From: a virus
Lineage: Duplodnaviria > Caudoviricetes
Virus record (IMG/VR): IMGVR_UViG_3300035703_000103
Location: 1 to 58,451 of that record
DNA length: 58,451 nucleotides
Strand: one strand, 5' to 3'
The translations under genes were made by a program, and so were the position numbers. Below, piece by piece: positions 56,401-58,451 of the stretch; within the stretch, counting starts at the first letter, position 1, and every line of letters starts with the position of its first letter. The notes under the pieces were generated by a model, which saw only the letters and a list, made by a program, of their open reading frames with translations, made no database searches and was not told where the DNA came from.

Positions 56401-58451
56401 TGCCATCGGTATGGCGGTCAACGCCTCTAGGCAGGGAGTTCGCCTCGCGGACTATGCGGCCAACACCGATCTGACCACAGACGCTTATGCGGCTGACATT
56501 GCAAGGTTCCTGGGTGAGAATATCCGCTCACCCAAGAAGATGGCCGAGGGGCTGCGGGCGATGGCGAACTTTGCCGCGCAGCAGCAGCAGGCTCTGGTCA
56601 GCAACGCCACCAATGCCGGCCTGTTCGGGGATCAGCCCACGGCCAGCCGCCAGGAGATCATCAATGCCGTCTTCGGACAAGCCAACGGTCAACCCCAAGT
56701 CGCTGCTAGAAACGCCGCAGTGGCGCAGGATGGCGGTCAAGGTGCTCAACGGGCAGCAACCGACCCAGCAGGAGCAGGACGAGTTTCAGTCGATGGCGCT
56801 GCAGGAAGCCAAGCGGCGACTGGACGAAATGAGCAAGGCTCAGACCAGCAAGGACTGACATCTCCCACGGTCGATCAGGTTCTGCAGCAGCAGGACCGTG
56901 CGGCCAATGAAGCGGAACTTGATCAGCGTGATCAGGTTCGACGCGAGAGCGAGGCGGGCGCCGATCAGTTCACGCTGCAGGCGCAGGATGGCCGGGTAGA
57001 CAACACCGGCAGCCTGTTCTCAAACGACAGGGAGCAGCAGGACGAGGACTTCCTGCAGACCCTGTTTGGTGAAAGCGCGAACCAGGGTGGCACCGCGCCG
57101 CCCCGTGAAACCCCGCAGCAACGACAAGAGCGCCTGCAGCAGGGCGCGCAGAAGCTGCAGCAGTCGGTGGCGCAGGAGATTGAATCGGTCGAGGCGCAGA
57201 TTGCCGACTGGTCGTCCCGCGAGTACAAGGGCAACAAGACCGCGATTGAGTTGCGCGGGGATGGGCCGTCCAATCAGGAGTCCCTGACGGTTGGTTCAAT
57301 CAACGAGGGTCGGCGCCTGAAGGCCATCACCGGCCTGCGCGAATCCTCTGCCGGGCTCAAGCGACTGGCTCAGACGCTGTCCAACCCGCAGCAGGCGGCC
57401 TCGCAGATGGAGCAGTTCGACTCCATCATGGACGATGTCGAGCGTGACTTTGCCACGGGCGGTCGCACGATGTTCAAGACCCCGGATCAGGAGTTCGAAT
57501 ACCGGGTGCTGTCGTCACTTGGCGCGACCTCGCAAGCCGGCAAAGGCGCGGTGACTTCCAGTGGCTTGAGCAAGGCCATACTGCGCGCGGTCAAGCAATC
57601 CCGCGCACAAGGCAAGACCAGCAACTCCGCTTCCCGCCTGCCGACCGTGGAGGGCGTGGGCTCTGTTGTGCAGATGAAGGTCGGGCAGACCTTCCAGATC
57701 CGCGACCAAGGTCAGGTCCACCAGGTCCGCGTGGTAGATGCCAAGTCGGCAGGCATCTCGTCCAAGGCTCTGGACATTGTCGCCAAGGTGTTCGGCAAGC
57801 GTGTGGTGTTCGTGGACCCCGGCACCTTGGATGTGGACGGATTCGTGCGGCCTGACGACAACCGCAACATCTACATCAGCGTGCGCTCCAGGATCAACCC
57901 GTTGGCCGTACAGGGCCATGAGTTGACGCACCTGCTCAAGCGCGACAACCCGCAAGCCTACGCCGCCTTGGAGGCGGTGGTGATGCGCGAACTGCGCGAG
58001 GGTGCGGGAAAGAGCTTCTCGGCCTACTACGGCCCTGGCGCCAACACCGAGGAGTTGGTGTCCGACCTGGTGGGCAACCGCCTGATGGACAAGGATTTCC
58101 TGGTCAGATTGTTCGCCGAGATCCAGGCCCAGAACCCGCAGGGCGCGCAGGGCATCATCGCCAAGTTGGCCGCGATCATCAACCGGGTTGTGTCTCGGTT
58201 CATGGAGTTGTCCAAGCAAGCCGGCTTTGAGACGGACGCCTTGGTCAAGCGGGTGGCCCCGATTCAGGATGCGGTGCGGCAGGCTCTGAAGGAGTACGCG
58301 CTGCAGCAGGGTCTGCGGCCGGCTCAGATGGAGGTTGCGCTGGCGCGTGCGGGAGCGGGCTTGAGCATTGAGGGTGCGGCGCCCGTGCGGCGCAGTCCGG
58401 TTCGACCGGCCAGCGCGGATCGTGCAGACCTCAACCGTTCGCTCGGCGCGC
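53444..58451 (+). CDS. N-terminal about 1669 aa of giant polyvalent protein (runs off window end; missing from ORF track)
   Basis: Starts MRFDVNAARKAGYTDDEIADYL; same frame at all points checked; ddrB-like ParB domain (LQNRDRS..AGNGR..PVLVR, about 55520-56650); zincin HELTH at 57917-57931. Confidence 0.85.
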   Translation, partial: MRFDVNAARKAGYTDDEIADYLSEQRGFDIGSARESGYSSREVLDFLSKPEAKKPAAANTPAYVEEPINYDDAATSMVGTPSQSSGGGVLQRIGAALRPDQNRSVLEGYKQPEAERQAEVDRRLSYGQGPISQKVAADADRVRSARGTNDQIKFTNPTYEGRVRGVVDAMDERGERSFGDLAALGRDGEIQRALTQSKADEFRSAGEWAIDTASNVMQGAVSLAQMPVNLIAPDGSLAESLRQTQKELQAEESDVLKASREVLKQRVMNEEGFFGQYAATVKQLITNPTLAISEGFKQLPMFLGIVGAARGGAAAGAAGVAAAGRAAPTVALADAIGGGALTARAAAIGSTVGGGAAAVTMAAGDAAGQTYEELTDPRRTPRETWEQNPDYQRLVAEGKTPDEAINELAVAKSRMAALVAAPLGILGFMGAEAAVAGRGIVQAARDALTFKGAAKSFGKETIGEQLEEGGTQAASNFAVSTVNPNKSILEGVPEAMALAGVTSTPFGAVGALSNYQQARAQLESGPNVAPLVDLEGQAAIDDRYGDTLRPERVAAERERLERMRRLSEAQSVDEAIVLANEVANSPVAPQTPASPVVPVNAGDDPVLSNVLTSLGALSNQPGGVNVGASNQPAPTATGGIGVGGGDVLGSLVTDGRNPAAGLRGGDDAGGVPGVSSQGAVVLGGGAAGGGRPVVLQNRDRSTAASISQMNSIAAAPDYLRTGPSREMVTGAPVVFGDVPESAAMGRQETVVDGRGNRVAVQYAVVDAADLIPSNRADGTPVAEYEQGASGKLRAVAGNGRTAGLKEAYNRGTAGAYQSEMMADLPNLGVDPAAVQSMQRPVLVRVMSQDDVTPDMGDRTNTAVTQNLSPVEQAANDVRRVDVRGFEFTDAGDPTPQTVRSFVFSLPESERGNLLNADGTPTRQAVDRLMGATFRAAYGNDGLVQLYAQATDPDARSVINAAAMAAGSMSSLVGSAPEFDIRGVVSDAIGMAVNASRQGVRLADYAANTDLTTDAYAADIARFLGENIRSPKKMAEGLRAMANFAAQQQQALVSNATNAGLFGDQPTASRQEIINAVFGQANGQPQVAARNAAVAQDGGQGAQRAATDPAGAGRVSVDGAAGSQAATGRNEQGSDQQGLTSPTVDQVLQQQDRAANEAELDQRDQVRRESEAGADQFTLQAQDGRVDNTGSLFSNDREQQDEDFLQTLFGESANQGGTAPPRETPQQRQERLQQGAQKLQQSVAQEIESVEAQIADWSSREYKGNKTAIELRGDGPSNQESLTVGSINEGRRLKAITGLRESSAGLKRLAQTLSNPQQAASQMEQFDSIMDDVERDFATGGRTMFKTPDQEFEYRVLSSLGATSQAGKGAVTSSGLSKAILRAVKQSRAQGKTSNSASRLPTVEGVGSVVQMKVGQTFQIRDQGQVHQVRVVDAKSAGISSKALDIVAKVFGKRVVFVDPGTLDVDGFVRPDDNRNIYISVRSRINPLAVQGHELTHLLKRDNPQAYAALEAVVMRELREGAGKSFSAYYGPGANTEELVSDLVGNRLMDKDFLVRLFAEIQAQNPQGAQGIIAKLAAIINRVVSRFMELSKQAGFETDALVKRVAPIQDAVRQALKEYALQQGLRPAQMEVALARAGAGLSIEGAAPVRRSPVRPASADRADLNRSLGA
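55317..55523 (+). CDS. Overprinted 68-aa protein nested in +1 frame of giant gene
   Basis: RBS AGGAGG before ATG; hydrophobic/acidic globular sequence; host frame is Gly-rich linker. Confidence 0.65.
   Translation: MSGHQISLHPQLQEALELGAVTFSEAWLLMDEILLQDCEVVMMPAEYLVLVAKVQLCWAEVPPGVVVQ
56664..56858 (+). CDS. Overprinted 64-aa protein nested in +1 frame of giant gene (MPSSDKPTVNPKSLLETPQWRRMAVKVLNGQQPTQQEQDEFQSMALQEAKRRLDEMSKAQTSKD)
   Basis: RBS AGGAG before ATG; host frame has A-ending codons (gga/gca/caa/cga). Confidence 0.65.
   Translation: MPSSDKPTVNPKSLLETPQWRRMAVKVLNGQQPTQQEQDEFQSMALQEAKRRLDEMSKAQTSKD

Overview
The window looks like an essentially complete, circularly permuted ~58.5 kb temperate phage genome in its excised state, with podovirus-like structural genes and a probable Betaproteobacterial host (inferred). 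Gene order: end of a giant 'polyvalent' virion protein; Tad2/DUF2829-like gene; tyrosine integrase, attP core (tRNA 3' end) and excisionase; leftward early genes (C5 DNA methyltransferase split at a G11 tract, YqaJ exonuclease, Bet recombinase, HNH); HigBA; CI/Cro switch; HNH + SF2 helicase insert; replication and Nin region; Q-like antiterminator; terminase, portal, scaffold and N4-gp56-type capsid; tail, fibre and lysis genes; ejection proteins. A final ORF runs off the right end and rejoins position 1 in frame, giving about 3787 aa. The most striking signal is inside that giant gene. Three small +1-frame overprinted ORFs with their own ribosome-binding sites lie in its inter-domain linkers. 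Directly after an LPD3-like putative RNase domain, an antisense sigma70-like promoter precedes a ~65-nt structured RNA carrying a tRNA-Gln(UUG) anticodon stem-loop mimic. Together these suggest effector domains carrying embedded protein or RNA antidotes (inference). All family assignments come from motif recognition only; no database searches were run.
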